Shown here: piece after piece, positions 50,512 through 61,407 of the stretch
Position numbering within the stretch: the first letter of the stretch is position 1
How the letters are laid out: every line of letters begins with the position of its first letter
From: Terriglobia bacterium
Lineage (GTDB): Bacteria; Acidobacteriota; Terriglobia; 2-12-FULL-54-10
NCBI GenBank assembly: GCA_963666975.2
Contig: CAXVYR010000004.1
Coordinates: 704,001 to 768,000 of the forward strand
Reading direction: 5' to 3'
DNA length: 64,000 nucleotides
Position numbers and translations under genes: made by a program
Notes under the pieces: generated by a model
Seen by the model: the letters and a program-made list of their open reading frames with translations, nothing else
Database searches by the model: none
What the model was told of the DNA's origin: nothing

Positions 50512-52043
50512 TGTACGTCGTCAGATAATGTTGGACACAGAGCATAAAAAGATAAGGTGGCGTTCAGGCTCCTCTGGGTTGATGTTAGGCTGCCCTTCTT
50601 TTGAAGTGCAACCGTTTTCTTAAGATCATAGTTTTCTCTTTGATGCGATCCCGTTTTTGCAGGATGGCACTGCCTTGGCCTGTAAAAACGTCATACGGTG
50701 TCAGGTTGTTCAGGCTTTCATGGTATCGGTTGGTGTTGTAGTGGTTGACGAAGGCATCGATCTGCCGCTCCAGCTCTTCTGGCAGGTAATAGTTGTTGAG
50801 CAGGATGCGGTCTTTCAGAGTTCGGTGCCAGCGTTCGATCTTGCCCTGCGTCATGGGGTGATAGGGCTTGCCGCGAGTATGCGGCACGCTGTTTTCTGCC
50901 AGCCATGATTGCAGTTCGGAAGAGACGTAGCACGGCCCGTTGTCGCTCAGGAGGCGAGGTCTGTGCCGGGCGCCCACGCGGTCGAGGCCGGTGGCTTGCA
51001 AAGCATCCCGCAACGTGGCCGAGACGTCACTTGCGCTCATGGTTTTGCACAGCCGCCAGGCGATGATATAGCGCGAGAAGTCGTCCAGCACCGTGGACAG
51101 GTAGAACCAGCCCCAACCGATGACTTTCAGGTAGGTGAAGTCGGTCTGCCAGAGCTGGTTGACCGCCGTGGTCGGGTTGGCGAACCGTTCCGCCGCTTTC
51201 AGGACAATAAAGGCTGGCGCGGTAATCAGGTCATGGCTTTTCAGGACGCGGTAAACCGTCGATTCAGAAAGGTAATACCGCCTTTCCTCGGTAAAACGCA
51301 CCGCCAGCTCGCGTGACGACAGATCGGGCTCGGCCAGGGCTAACGTCACCAACTGCTGAGTTATCTCCTCCGGCACCTTGTTCCAGACAGGGCCAGGATC
51401 GGGTTTTTTGTCTTCCAGCCCATCAAAGCCTTCCGACACATAGCGGTCGTACCAGTTGTAAAACGTCGATCTGGGAATGCCAACCTGCTGCAGCGTCCGG
51501 CGCACCCCCAGGGCAGATTGCTCCACCGTGCAGATGATCTCCAGCTTCTCCGAGGCAGGGTATCTCATGTATGTTCCTCCCCATCCCCGATCACGCTTTT
51601 TTTTAGCAGGCGATTTTCCAGCATAGCCTCGGCCAGGGCCTCTTTCAGCTGTACGGCCTGCTCCCGCAGAGTCTTGACTTCGCCACTGGTTGCCTCACAT
51701 GCGCGCCGCCTGGCTGGGCCTCTATGTCGCCCGCCAGCCGCTTGCGGCCAGCCTCCAGAAACTCCTTGCTCCAGCGGTAATACTGGTTCTGGTGCAGCCC
51801 CTCGCGGCGGCACAGCTCCGCGATGCTGTCCTCGCCGCGAAGTCCCTGCAATACAATGCGGATTTTGTCTTCCGGGCTGAACCTGCGCCGCGTCCTGCGT
51901 TTGATCTCCCGGACGGCCTTCTCGACCGCCCCCCTGTCGTCTTGTTTTTGTCTCATCTTCGTTCCTTTCAGTCTCTACGATGAGCCAAAAACATCACCTT
52001 AACTATTACCCTCTACCTGTCCAACAAGCCCTGACGGGGCACA
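50512..52043 (-). mobile_element. IS3-family element copy (1532 bp), orfA frameshifted by a net 20-bp insertion
   Basis: Matches 31802-33313 except at 51699-51720. Confidence 0.92.
50585..51568 (-). CDS. IS3-family transposase orfB
   Basis: Identical translation to 32257-33240. Confidence 0.88.
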   Translation of the reverse strand: MRYPASEKLEIICTVEQSALGVRRTLQQVGIPRSTFYNWYDRYVSEGFDGLEDKKPDPGPVWNKVPEEITQQLVTLALAEPDLSSRELAVRFTEERRYYLSESTVYRVLKSHDLITAPAFIVLKAAERFANPTTAVNQLWQTDFTYLKVIGWGWFYLSTVLDDFSRYIIAWRLCKTMSASDVSATLRDALQATGLDRVGARHRPRLLSDNGPCYVSSELQSWLAENSVPHTRGKPYHPMTQGKIERWHRTLKDRILLNNYYLPEELERQIDAFVNHYNTNRYHESLNNLTPYDVFTGQGSAILQKRDRIKEKTMILRKRLHFKRRAA

Positions 52044-52567
52044 CTTTTGATATGAAAGGTCTGCTCAAGCAAGCCATCCGAGACAATGACCCCGTGTTAG
52101 TTTTGGAAAGTATCAACCTGCTGGGGAAACAGGGTTCAGTGCCGGAAGGTGACTACACAGTCCCTTTCGGCCAAGCTACGTTGCGGAAAGAAGGCACGGA
52201 CGTCACGGTCGTAGCGCTGCTTCACTTAGTCGACGCGGCCTTGGAGGCGGCGCAGATACTGGAACAGGAGGGGGTTTCTGTTGAGGTCATTGACCCGCGT
52301 ACACTGGTTCCCTTAGATCGCAGGACCATCTTGGACTCCGTAGCCAAGACCGGACGGTTGGTGATTGCAGACGACTCGCACCGCACCTGCGGTGCCGCCG
52401 CCGAAATAGCCGCCGGGGTGGCCGACGAGGGCTTCGGTTTCCTGAAGGCTCCTATCAAGCGGGTTACCCGACTGGATGTTCCCATTCCCTACAGTGAGCC
52501 TCTGGAAAAGTATGTCCTGCCCAATAAGGACCGAATTTGCCAAGCCGTACGGGATACTCTCCGCTAA
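52044..52567 (+). pseudogene. 2-oxoacid/acetoin dehydrogenase E1 beta C-terminal fragment
   Basis: KGLLKQAIRDNDPV, EVIDPRTLVPLD, SVAKTGRLVI; cut by IS. Confidence 0.85.
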
Positions 52568-52891
52568 CACCTAAACTGACCGCAGCCCTGGGACGCTTCA
52601 AAACGAAGGCATGTAGTTTGAACGCCGGTGGAAGTCCACGCGGCAAGCGTTCGGTAGAAACGCGGCTCGGGTCGTTGAACCCAGGGGAGAGTTCCTCCAG
52701 TTCTCAAGTTGGGACTTTTAGGGGGATGAGGTGGGAAGAGGCGGGGAGGCTGAAGAGGCGGGGAGGCCCCCCCCTCTACGCCCACGCACCCTCTCCACGA
52801 ACAGCGCAAACCGTTTGTCTGGACAGCTAGTTTGGAAGAGATCTTAACCAAGGTGAATCGTTGAAAAGCTATTTTCAATTCGCAACACTAG

Positions 52892-55800
52892 CTAGAACGA
52901 AAATCGCAAAGCAAACTGAACCTGCCGGGCAGTGGTGGCGGTGTTATGAAGTCTTGCCGCAATGGGATTGGGGCGGCCGGTTGCACCCACGAAGACCGTG
53001 TTGGATGCTCCGAAACTACGATCGAAGTTGGTGTGGTTTAACAAGTTGAAAAATTCCGCTCGAAACTGAAGCCGCCGGTTCACATCCAGAGAAAATTCCT
53101 TCTGGAGGGAGACATCCATATTGAACACACTCGGCGCAATGATGGTGTTACGCCCGACATTCCCGAGGGTGCCTGGGGTAGGCAAGCTGAACGCGGAGGG
53201 ATCGAAATATCGTTCTGGGTCACCCAGAATTGGGTTATTGCTCCGGCCAGGGATCAAGTTAGGCCGATTGGCGGCAAACAGGAAGCCCGGCTTGCGAACA
53301 CTGACCACTGGTGTGTAAGGAACCCCGGTGCGAAACGACAGAATGCCTCCCAGCCGCCAGTCTCCGAAAACGTGCGCAAGCAGACCGGAATTCCACCAGC
53401 GCTGTCCGCTACCTAAAGAGGGAGCGTAAAAGTAGTTAACAACCAGGCGATGGCGGACATTGAAATCCGAAAGGCCCCGATCTAGAGTGCGTATCAATCC
53501 AAATTGCGAGGAGCCAGGCACGTCGAAAAATTGTGAGGAGGCATCATCAATAGATTTGCTGAGGGTATAGCTCGCTTGCATAGAGATACCATCGCTGAGT
53601 CTCCTGTTAGCGGAAAGCCGAAGAGAGTTATAGAAGGATTGTGCATCGCTACTGACAAGGTTTATTGCACCGAAAGCAGGGTTGACCGGGCCCGCATCGC
53701 GGGGGAAGAGGAGCGACCCGTCGGCACGGGTAATGGGAACAGGGAACAGATTGGCTTCGTACATCCGCGATAAATGGTTGCCTCTGGCCCCGACATAGGA
53801 CGCCTGGGCATGCCAGCCACCAGGGAGTTGGTGTTGGAGTGCAAAATTGTAGCGCAGTACCATCGGGGTCGTCGTGTGCCGGTAATCCAGGCCTTGAAAT
53901 TGTAGGGGTATGCCGGCGGCGGTGGCCACTGCGTCGGGGAATCCCGCTCTCGCACCCAGACGATTTCGCCCCGTGGCTGGGGATGAATCAAAATTAGTTC
54001 TCACCGCAGTGTTGAAAAAAGGAACCGTGCTTTTTCGCAAGCCCATCACATAATGCAACAATTGATCGTAATATATGCCAAAGCCACCTCTCAGCACTGT
54101 ATTTCCACTACTTCCGGGAGACCAGCTCATGCCCAGGCGTGGAGAGAGGTTGCGCAACGAAGGGTTGTTCCCCAGAAGCGGCCCAATCTGGACCTCGGAG
54201 TCCTGTGCCGGGTCCGGGAGGAAAACGCTTTTAGCAAACTTGTCATGGATGAGCGTGGCAAATTCATAGCGGAGGCCGAGGTTGAGCTGGAGACGGGAAC
54301 TCAACGCATAAGCATCCTGAACATAGAAGCCCACCAGAGTCTGGCGGTAATTCTGCCTGCTATCCGATCCCGGTAAAGTAACCTCCATATTGGTTCCCGC
54401 CGGCCCTCCCTGCAGAAAGCTCTGCAGGCTGTTGAAAGACCACTGAGCGCCCTTATCCCAACTGGAGAACACATCCCAGCGATAGCGATGAACTTCGGCT
54501 CCCCACTTGAGTGCGTGGGCTCCCATCTGAACCGATACGTCGCCCGCAAATTGAAAAGTATTCATGAGATTGGCGCTCGGTGGGATGGGGAAAGGGCCAA
54601 AAGGACTTAAACCTGGAACATTGATCTTCCCAAACTGCGGTGCATCAGGAACAAAGAACAATGAACGGGGTATCTCAACAGCCGATAGACTCTCTGCGGC
54701 TTCCACCGATCGGGTGTAACCAAAACGGAATGAGCCCAGAACGCGGGGACTAAAAATATGGCTTTCCATCAGAGTAAGATACTGTTGGCGGCTATTGTTC
54801 AGCGTCGTGAACAGAAAGGTGATGTCCGAGTTTTGGCTAGTGGCGTCGTCAAAGGTATAGCGAGCGAAGAGGCTGTCCTGCTCGGAAACCTGATGATCCA
54901 AACGAATGGTGAAGAAATTTTCGTCGGTTGGCAAAAACTGGGGCGAAGCGTTGACGCCTATTCCTCCGCCTACCCGGACTGAGTTGGGTAATGGATAAAG
55001 TGCTAGATAGGGCGACACACTTGGGTCCACTGGAACAATCTGAACAACTTCTCCAGTAGTGTTTGTAATCATACCCTGCCGTGCCAACTCGTCTGGAAAG
55101 AAGTCGATATTCGTCTCGGTCAGCCGGTCGCGCAGCCCCTCAAAGCTGCCCAAAAAAAAGGTTCTATCCTTCACCACCGGACCAGTAAGGGTGAATCCAA
55201 ATTGGTTGCGTTTGAAGGGGGTGGGCTCCGGGCCGGGGTCATAGAAATTCCGGGCATCGAGCTTGCTGTTGCGAAAGAACTCGAAAAAGGTGCCGTGGAA
55301 CTCGGGCGTCCCGGAGCGACTGATGGAGTTCAGAATACCACCGCTGCCACGGCCATACTCGGCCCCGTAGTTTGTGCTGAATACCTGAACCTGGAATACC
55401 GCATCTGAACCCAGTTGCACGCCCGCCGCACTTCGCGGCACCCGGTTCTCTGTATTCATGATGTTTGTTCCGTCCAACAAAAAAACATTTGAGGTGGACC
55501 GCCCTCCCGCGACCGTCATGCCCCCGCTGCCGCCTCCCCGCGAGGCAGAACCGGCAAAAGGATCGCTCACGCCTGCCTGGAGAGTCGCTAGTTGGCTGTA
55601 ACTCCGACCGTTGAGAGGCAGTCCGACTAGCTGGCTTTCACTGATCTGGCCTGCATTGATGGCTGAGGACTCCCTGTCTGTACCCGCGCCCTGGGCCGTT
55701 CGTTCCTGATCTCCCGAACCTCGTTCCAACACCAAATCCAAAGTCACCAACTGCTCTGCACCTAGCTCCAACCCTTCCTGCAACTGGCTTACAAAGCCAG

Positions 55801-56086
55801 CCTGGGAAGTCTGGACTTCGTAAGTACCAGGAACCAATTGTTGGATTTCAAACTGTCCCTCTGCGTCGCTGCTGACGGTACGGCTCAATCCCGTCTCCAG
55901 ATTCTTCACCCTCACCGCCGTCCCCGCGAGGGGCGCTCCTGACTGATCCTGCACCGTACCCCGCAGCGTCACCATGCTCCCCTGTGCCAACGCCCCCACA
56001 CTTACCCAGAAAAGCAGCGTGATCAGAAGCACTGCCGAAAGAGCCAAACCTTGCATTACTGATTTGGATGCTTGCATGCTCCGCAT
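52892..56086 (-). CDS. Oar-like TonB-dependent receptor
   Basis: Signal peptide, LPLNGRSY, RNQFG, SPRLGMSW, RQVQFALRFSF. Confidence 0.9.
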   Translation of the reverse strand: MRSMQASKSVMQGLALSAVLLITLLFWVSVGALAQGSMVTLRGTVQDQSGAPLAGTAVRVKNLETGLSRTVSSDAEGQFEIQQLVPGTYEVQTSQAGFVSQLQEGLELGAEQLVTLDLVLERGSGDQERTAQGAGTDRESSAINAGQISESQLVGLPLNGRSYSQLATLQAGVSDPFAGSASRGGGSGGMTVAGGRSTSNVFLLDGTNIMNTENRVPRSAAGVQLGSDAVFQVQVFSTNYGAEYGRGSGGILNSISRSGTPEFHGTFFEFFRNSKLDARNFYDPGPEPTPFKRNQFGFTLTGPVVKDRTFFLGSFEGLRDRLTETNIDFFPDELARQGMITNTTGEVVQIVPVDPSVSPYLALYPLPNSVRVGGGIGVNASPQFLPTDENFFTIRLDHQVSEQDSLFARYTFDDATSQNSDITFLFTTLNNSRQQYLTLMESHIFSPRVLGSFRFGYTRSVEAAESLSAVEIPRSLFFVPDAPQFGKINVPGLSPFGPFPIPPSANLMNTFQFAGDVSVQMGAHALKWGAEVHRYRWDVFSSWDKGAQWSFNSLQSFLQGGPAGTNMEVTLPGSDSRQNYRQTLVGFYVQDAYALSSRLQLNLGLRYEFATLIHDKFAKSVFLPDPAQDSEVQIGPLLGNNPSLRNLSPRLGMSWSPGSSGNTVLRGGFGIYYDQLLHYVMGLRKSTVPFFNTAVRTNFDSSPATGRNRLGARAGFPDAVATAAGIPLQFQGLDYRHTTTPMVLRYNFALQHQLPGGWHAQASYVGARGNHLSRMYEANLFPVPITRADGSLLFPRDAGPVNPAFGAINLVSSDAQSFYNSLRLSANRRLSDGISMQASYTLSKSIDDASSQFFDVPGSSQFGLIRTLDRGLSDFNVRHRLVVNYFYAPSLGSGQRWWNSGLLAHVFGDWRLGGILSFRTGVPYTPVVSVRKPGFLFAANRPNLIPGRSNNPILGDPERYFDPSAFSLPTPGTLGNVGRNTIIAPSVFNMDVSLQKEFSLDVNRRLQFRAEFFNLLNHTNFDRSFGASNTVFVGATGRPNPIAARLHNTATTARQVQFALRFSF

Positions 56087-56167
56087 TTCCTCGAAAAGGC
56101 TGACTGAAAGGTCACACCGGATGACCTACTGTGAAGTGAACCCGTTAGGAATTATCACAGGGATGAG

Positions 56168-56463
56168 TTAGTCTTGCCCCTCCCGCACGGTTACCTTGAG
56201 CACAAGCGCCCGGAGCAGGGTCTGGTCGATTCCCAAGGCCTTTCCGGTGCGAAGATCTAATCGAAAACCTGCCAGGGACAGGCTACAGTGCCGTCCTGGA
56301 TCTTCTCTAAGGCGAGCGGACCGCCTCTGTGCGACACCAATTTTCAATAGCAACTACGATCGGATCCAGGAGCACCACCACCGCCACCTCCAGACCATTG
56401 TCCAGCTGTTTGCAAACTACCCCCGACCTGCTCCATATCGTCGGTTCGGTACAGAGGCGTCAT
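56168..56463 (-). pseudogene. Rieske ferredoxin paralog, frameshifted
   Basis: LDNGLEVAV..AIENWC / HRGGPL..CPW / FRLDLRTG; homolog of 39022-39330. Confidence 0.8.
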
Positions 56464-56494
56464 GCGTTTTCCATCCTCTTATTCCCGGCATAGC

Positions 56495-57154
56495 TTACCA
56501 TTGCATCCGGGCGTCTCGCTCTTCCGGAGTATCCCAGGTGTGAAATGCGCAAAAGCCGATCGGGTTCACATATCCACATTCCGGACAGGTCCGATACGCT
56601 GGGTCACCGTTGTACTCGCGGACGGTGGCGCGTTCCCAGGGCCAGAATTTCTCGAAGTTGACCTGGCCAGTACGGAGCTCACGCAGGAAAACCAGAGAGG
56701 TGCAACGCTCGCAATACCAGGCGATCCGGTCGGTCTCGTTGCTCTTGGGAACCCCCATGATCACAAACAAGTAACCTGGTTCGTCAGGCGCGGGAGGCGG
56801 CAGTGGGAGGACGATTTCGTCCTTGTCGTTAATGTGCCAGTATCCGAAGAGGTGTTCGACATGATGGGGGGTGCCGCTGACCGTGACTGCGGCTGTGAAA
56901 GGCTCCCGCACGAGTTCGATCTTCCCTTTCGGTCCGATCTCGTAGCTCCTCGCCGTTTTCACTATGTCCAACAGCCCTCGGCTCGCACCCACCGTGTTCG
57001 GAGTCTCATGAGTGATCGGCCGAACTCCGAAGATATTGTCGCCTACCGGGACGAACCCTGCACAAATTTTCCGCATCAGCTTTTCGCCTAAGAGATCCAA
57101 ATCTTCTGCAACCTTTTCGAGGGGTTCCTTCACATAAAGATCGGCAAAATGCAT
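56495..57154 (-). CDS. 3-hydroxyanthranilate dioxygenase-like protein A, second copy
   Basis: Close paralog of 39967-40626, all motifs kept. Confidence 0.7.
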   Translation of the reverse strand: MHFADLYVKEPLEKVAEDLDLLGEKLMRKICAGFVPVGDNIFGVRPITHETPNTVGASRGLLDIVKTARSYEIGPKGKIELVREPFTAAVTVSGTPHHVEHLFGYWHINDKDEIVLPLPPPAPDEPGYLFVIMGVPKSNETDRIAWYCERCTSLVFLRELRTGQVNFEKFWPWERATVREYNGDPAYRTCPECGYVNPIGFCAFHTWDTPEERDARMQW

Positions 57155-57460
57155 CGCCCGCTCTCCTTCCTTGCCCAGCAGCCTAGTCTCATTCATCGTG
57201 AGACATTCATTGCTGGAAACCATCGATATTGTTACGCTCTCAGCAGCAAATTTAACTCTTTAAATCAGGGATTCAACTTTTTTCTAATCATAGGTGTAGC
57301 AGCAAAATGTGGATAGCCTCTTGGAGCAATGTAGAAATGTCCTCTTTCATGGGAGCAAGTAATGAGATATATCTACATTCTCCGCACTATGACAGAATCT
57401 AATGCATAGACAGCTTAGCTCAAAAGTGGGCTTTCCGCAATTCGGGAAAGGCTGTTGCAA

Positions 57461-58906
57461 TTAGTACGGCCAGTTAGCAAGATCCTTACGAGTAAACGCC
57501 GCCGGGTCGTTGGCATAGTCCGCACTGTAATCTCCCGGCACGTTAATCCCGGGAATTGCTGGGATCCAGCTTTCTTGCAGTAATTCATCTGGGTCGCCGT
57601 ACTTTGCTGCTTGCCGGCGGACCCGGGGGTCGTCCAACGTCGTCAAATGGCCCTTGTCCACGAAGGTGGTCCGACTCCCGTCAGCATTGATTAACACCAT
57701 CGTCATAAAGTAATTGTGCACGTGGACATGGCCGGTTGGGGTCTCCGGGTTCTTTTGGAAGAATTCGACAACGGAAGAATCACTCGACTCTGTGGGGAAG
57801 AAGGCCACCATCTTCGCATCACCGCCGATCCCCCAGTGAATGACCCCGGAGCGGGTTCTTTCCCAGATGTTGCCCATGGCGCGGTCCAGGGCTCCCTTCG
57901 GACGTAAGGATTTCGGATTTGTCCCGATCGAAGCTTCAAACAAATAATTAAACAGTCCGGGGCCTTTCTTTCCAGGCCAGTTCACGCTCTTCCATTCCTC
58001 CCGGATGTTGCGCCATCTTTGTCCATAGGCGCCCCCTCCTTCGATACCTTCCAGCCGGTCGTTCTTGAAGGAAAGCCGAATATGGGGATAAGGCCCAGTA
58101 TGGTTCCACGTGCCTGCGACCACGCCGGTCGCGCCAGACACGTCCGGCAGATCGATCAATGGATGAGACATGAAATGTCCCGCCGTATGACGCCCTGGGG
58201 TTTCCCAGTCCTCTTTCCTGGTAGACCAGACTATATCCGTTCCCTCCGGGTCCGTGACGTGGACACTCACCGCCTTGGTCAGCGTCTCCCAGGCCGTATC
58301 GTCGATAAGCTTCAGCAAGTCCGGCGGAATACTCGCGCCGTGCACCAGGAACTGGTCCGCCATGTCCCACGGCATATAGACCCAGCGCATCTTGTCACTA
58401 GGATGGGGTGGGATGCCTCCCCCCATGCCGGAAATGGCAAGGTCGTATTTGCCTGCCACAGTCATCGCCACGATAGTAGCCTGCTCAATGCCACCCGCTT
58501 GCGCCCCCATGATGTCGTTCATGTGGGTGAAGTATTCAAACTCCGTAGCGCCGTCCCCACCGGACAAATATGGATCATTGCCCAGCAGGAGATCTACTTT
58601 GGCCCCGGCCTCCCGGATGGCTCGCTGGAGGGCCTCCAGTACCAGCGGGTCGAAATCCAAAGGCACCACCATCAGAGCCTTTTCGCCTGACGTAATGGCG
58701 TAACCAGGATAGAACATGGCTCCGATATCGCCCCGCTTTACGATGGCCCGGGCTGTCGGCATCAGATCCTCTACGGTTGGATTCTTGGTGATCTTCGGGT
58801 AGCGGGGAGCCGGATATTCCCCTGGCTTGTACTGCTGGGCTTGCGAAACCCCTACAGCAAACACAACCAAAACGAACAAAAAGCTCGGTAGAGTTCTGGC
58901 TGACAT
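57461..58906 (-). CDS. Secreted peptidase M29/NicX-like metalloprotein
   Basis: Signal peptide, VHVTDPEGTD, EASIGTNPK, ERTRSGVIHWGIG, HVHVH. Confidence 0.6.
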   Translation of the reverse strand: MSARTLPSFLFVLVVFAVGVSQAQQYKPGEYPAPRYPKITKNPTVEDLMPTARAIVKRGDIGAMFYPGYAITSGEKALMVVPLDFDPLVLEALQRAIREAGAKVDLLLGNDPYLSGGDGATEFEYFTHMNDIMGAQAGGIEQATIVAMTVAGKYDLAISGMGGGIPPHPSDKMRWVYMPWDMADQFLVHGASIPPDLLKLIDDTAWETLTKAVSVHVTDPEGTDIVWSTRKEDWETPGRHTAGHFMSHPLIDLPDVSGATGVVAGTWNHTGPYPHIRLSFKNDRLEGIEGGGAYGQRWRNIREEWKSVNWPGKKGPGLFNYLFEASIGTNPKSLRPKGALDRAMGNIWERTRSGVIHWGIGGDAKMVAFFPTESSDSSVVEFFQKNPETPTGHVHVHNYFMTMVLINADGSRTTFVDKGHLTTLDDPRVRRQAAKYGDPDELLQESWIPAIPGINVPGDYSADYANDPAAFTRKDLANWPY

Positions 58907-59066
58907 ATTCTCTTCCTCCCTTCTCTATTTCCAATCTTCCAAGCGCAGATGTTGAAAGCAGACTTAGCTTCAGTTTGAGTTCTTCTCGATACCATTCCTC
59001 CACAGGTGAAAGCCGGGAGAACTGGTTTCGATTTCTTTATGGTGTGCTTCTCCTCGACTAGTCTAG

Positions 59067-59261
59067 CAGCTTGTTGAAAAAGTGGTCTAAATCCCCTCCA
59101 TTCGGGAACAACGCAATAACGCTCCGATCTGAATCAGAGAGCCCCGGCAAACTCACCGCACGTTCCGGTAGTGAAACGGTTCTCTCCGGTGGGAAGGTCA
59201 CTTCATCAGTTCCTAGCCGCGACCGCCAGGGAGCGGTTTTCTATTGTTTTTCAACAAGCTG
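59067..59261. mobile_element. MITE-like element with 15-bp perfect TIRs
   Basis: CAGCTTGTTGAAAAA ... TTTTTCAACAAGCTG. Confidence 0.65.
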
Positions 59262-59776
59262 TTTGAGTAAATATGCCCCCCTCAACAACCAGGACTGTAG
59301 GCACTCTTCGGGCGGATACAGGCCTTAACGACTGTGGTCAAATGATCAAAAGTTCGGGGCCTGGTAGGCGATCCGGCCTCCTATAGCAGTCATCAGAGTC
59401 TTAATATTCATTATTTCGGCTTCTGGAATCGTGAAGTAATCCTTATCAAGGACCACAAAATCGGCAAGTTTGCCCGGCTCCAATGATCCAAGTCTATCCC
59501 AACGGAGCAGGTACTTTGCGCCTTCGTTGGTCCAGCCTCGCAAGGCTGTAATCCGGTCGATTCGTTCCTCCGGCACCCATACCCTTCCGTTCAGTTCCCG
59601 CGTCACCCACCAGCCCACCCACGGCCAAATGGAATCGCGATAGGGAAATCCCTGCGCTAAGTCGTTCCAAAACCGCTCCCCTTTGCCCGGAAGCGTACCG
59701 ACGTGAGTATCAGTTGAAAAAACTACTCGGGCGCCCGCGTCGATTAGACTTTTAAGTGGTCCCCTCCACTTCAAAT

Positions 59777-61225
59777 GAGGGTGTCCCATACATAGTTGAA
59801 GGTTGAACGGCGGTTCGGCCCGAATCGAATAGAATCGGGCCAAGCCTAAATCCTATAGAAGGAGAACCGCCGAATGAAGGGAAAATATCACGTTTTGGAA
59901 CTGGGTTCCAAGGGAGCCGAAGAAACCATCCAGAAGTTTTGCCAAACCAACGGACAGATGCTGTTGCCGGTGGTGGATCTGATCACGGAGGCGCGTCTGG
60001 CGGTGGATGAGGTGATTGATCGGGCCGGGCGAGGTTTGATTGAAACGATTCTGAGCATGAGCGCAGAGCAAATCGCGGGGCCAAAGAGTCCCGGGAAGGC
60101 GAGCGGAGAGGTGCGCTGGCATGGCCGGCAATTGGGGAGGGTGAAACTGGCCGATCGCCAGCTGCGGGTGGAGCGGCCCCGGCTGCGCCGGAAGGGCGGA
60201 GGGGAAGAAGCGGTGCCGGCCTACGAAGCCCTGCGGAAAAGCGAGAAGACGGGCGAGGAGATGTTCGAGGCACTGTTGAAAGGGGTTTCGACGCGGAACT
60301 ACCGCGAGGTGATCCCGGAGATGGCCAACAGCGCTGGGGTGTCGAAGTCTCAGGTGAGCCGGGAAGCGGCCGAGCAAGGAGCGCGGCGGCTGGAAGAACT
60401 GTTGGCGCGGCGCTGGGAGGAGGTCGAGATTCTGGTGATTTACCTGGACGGAATGCGGTTCGGCTCCCACCACGTCATCAGCGCCGTGGGCGTGGACATC
60501 GAGGGCCGCAAGCATGTGCTGGGGATTCAACTGGGCGCGACCGAAAACGCCGCTGCGGTGAAAGACCTTCTCACCCGCCTGCGCCAGCAAGGTTTGCGCA
60601 CGGATCAGCGCTATCTGTTTGTGATCGACGGCGCCAAAGCGCTCCGCGCGGGGATCGAGGAAGTATTCGGCAGCAATCAGCTGGTGCAGCGTTGCCGTAC
60701 TCATAAGCTGCGCAACGTGGCTGAGCGGTTACCAAAGGGCGACAAAATGCTGGCGAATCAGGTGCGGTCGCTGATGCGCGCCGCCTGGCGATTGCCCCAA
60801 GCCGAGGAAGGCATCGTGCGCATAAAAAAGCTCGCTGGGATGATCGAGTGCGATCATCCGGCAGCAGCCGCCAGCTTGCGCGAAGGGTTGGAGGAGACCT
60901 TTACGATCAATCGAGCCGACGTTCCTCCCAGCCTCCACCGCTGCCTGGCAACCACGAACCTCATCGAGAGCCCGCAGTCGGGCGTGCGGAAAAAGACTGG
61001 CAATGTTTGCCGCTGGCGCGACGGCGAGATGACGTTGCGCTGGGTGGCAGGAGCGTTTCTGCTGACCGAGAAGAATTTCCGGAAGATCATGGGTTATCAC
61101 GATCTCTGGGCTTTGGCATCGATTCTCGGCCGAAGTCCAAACGCTGCTTCCTCTCACAAGGAGAAAGTGGCGTAATATGAACTCAACCCGCCGTCCCAAC
61201 CTGCAACTGAGTTTGGGACACCTTC
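59777..61225 (+). mobile_element. IS256-family element copy 2 (1449 bp)
   Basis: Same IRs, 8-bp TSD CTTCAAAT. Confidence 0.95.
59874..61175 (+). CDS. IS256-family transposase
   Basis: Differs from 11608-12909 at two residues. Confidence 0.95.
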   Translation: MKGKYHVLELGSKGAEETIQKFCQTNGQMLLPVVDLITEARLAVDEVIDRAGRGLIETILSMSAEQIAGPKSPGKASGEVRWHGRQLGRVKLADRQLRVERPRLRRKGGGEEAVPAYEALRKSEKTGEEMFEALLKGVSTRNYREVIPEMANSAGVSKSQVSREAAEQGARRLEELLARRWEEVEILVIYLDGMRFGSHHVISAVGVDIEGRKHVLGIQLGATENAAAVKDLLTRLRQQGLRTDQRYLFVIDGAKALRAGIEEVFGSNQLVQRCRTHKLRNVAERLPKGDKMLANQVRSLMRAAWRLPQAEEGIVRIKKLAGMIECDHPAAAASLREGLEETFTINRADVPPSLHRCLATTNLIESPQSGVRKKTGNVCRWRDGEMTLRWVAGAFLLTEKNFRKIMGYHDLWALASILGRSPNAASSHKEKVA

Positions 61226-61407
61226 CTTCAAATAGTCTGGGCCCCACAGATTCTCAACGTCCTCCCATCCCGCAAGCCCCGCTGATCGTGAGTAATGGCA
61301 CGGTTGAAAATTCAACCAAAATCCGTATTTCACTAAGTTGGGAATTTGATCTGGCCGAATCCACATATTGTGAGCAAAGCTCCATCCGGGAGAGGGTGTC
61401 CCATACA

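Larger units (their letters stand above)
59346..61391 (-). pseudogene. Fourth amidohydrolase paralog interrupted by IS256 copies
   Basis: GWSFAH..IRPDQIP..WGPDYLK (61226-61391) joins WRGPLKSLIDAGARVVFSTDTH...GSLEPGKLAD (59346-59776) across the TSD. Confidence 0.88.

Noticed and set aside
51980-52567. Functional IS-fused E1 beta subunit
   Set aside because: Most of the N-terminal pyrimidine-binding domain is missing and no alpha subunit is nearby
57290-57420. ISNCY/IS1202-like end relic (AATGTAGAAATGTCC motifs)
   Set aside because: Too degenerate, with no transposase or second copy to support it
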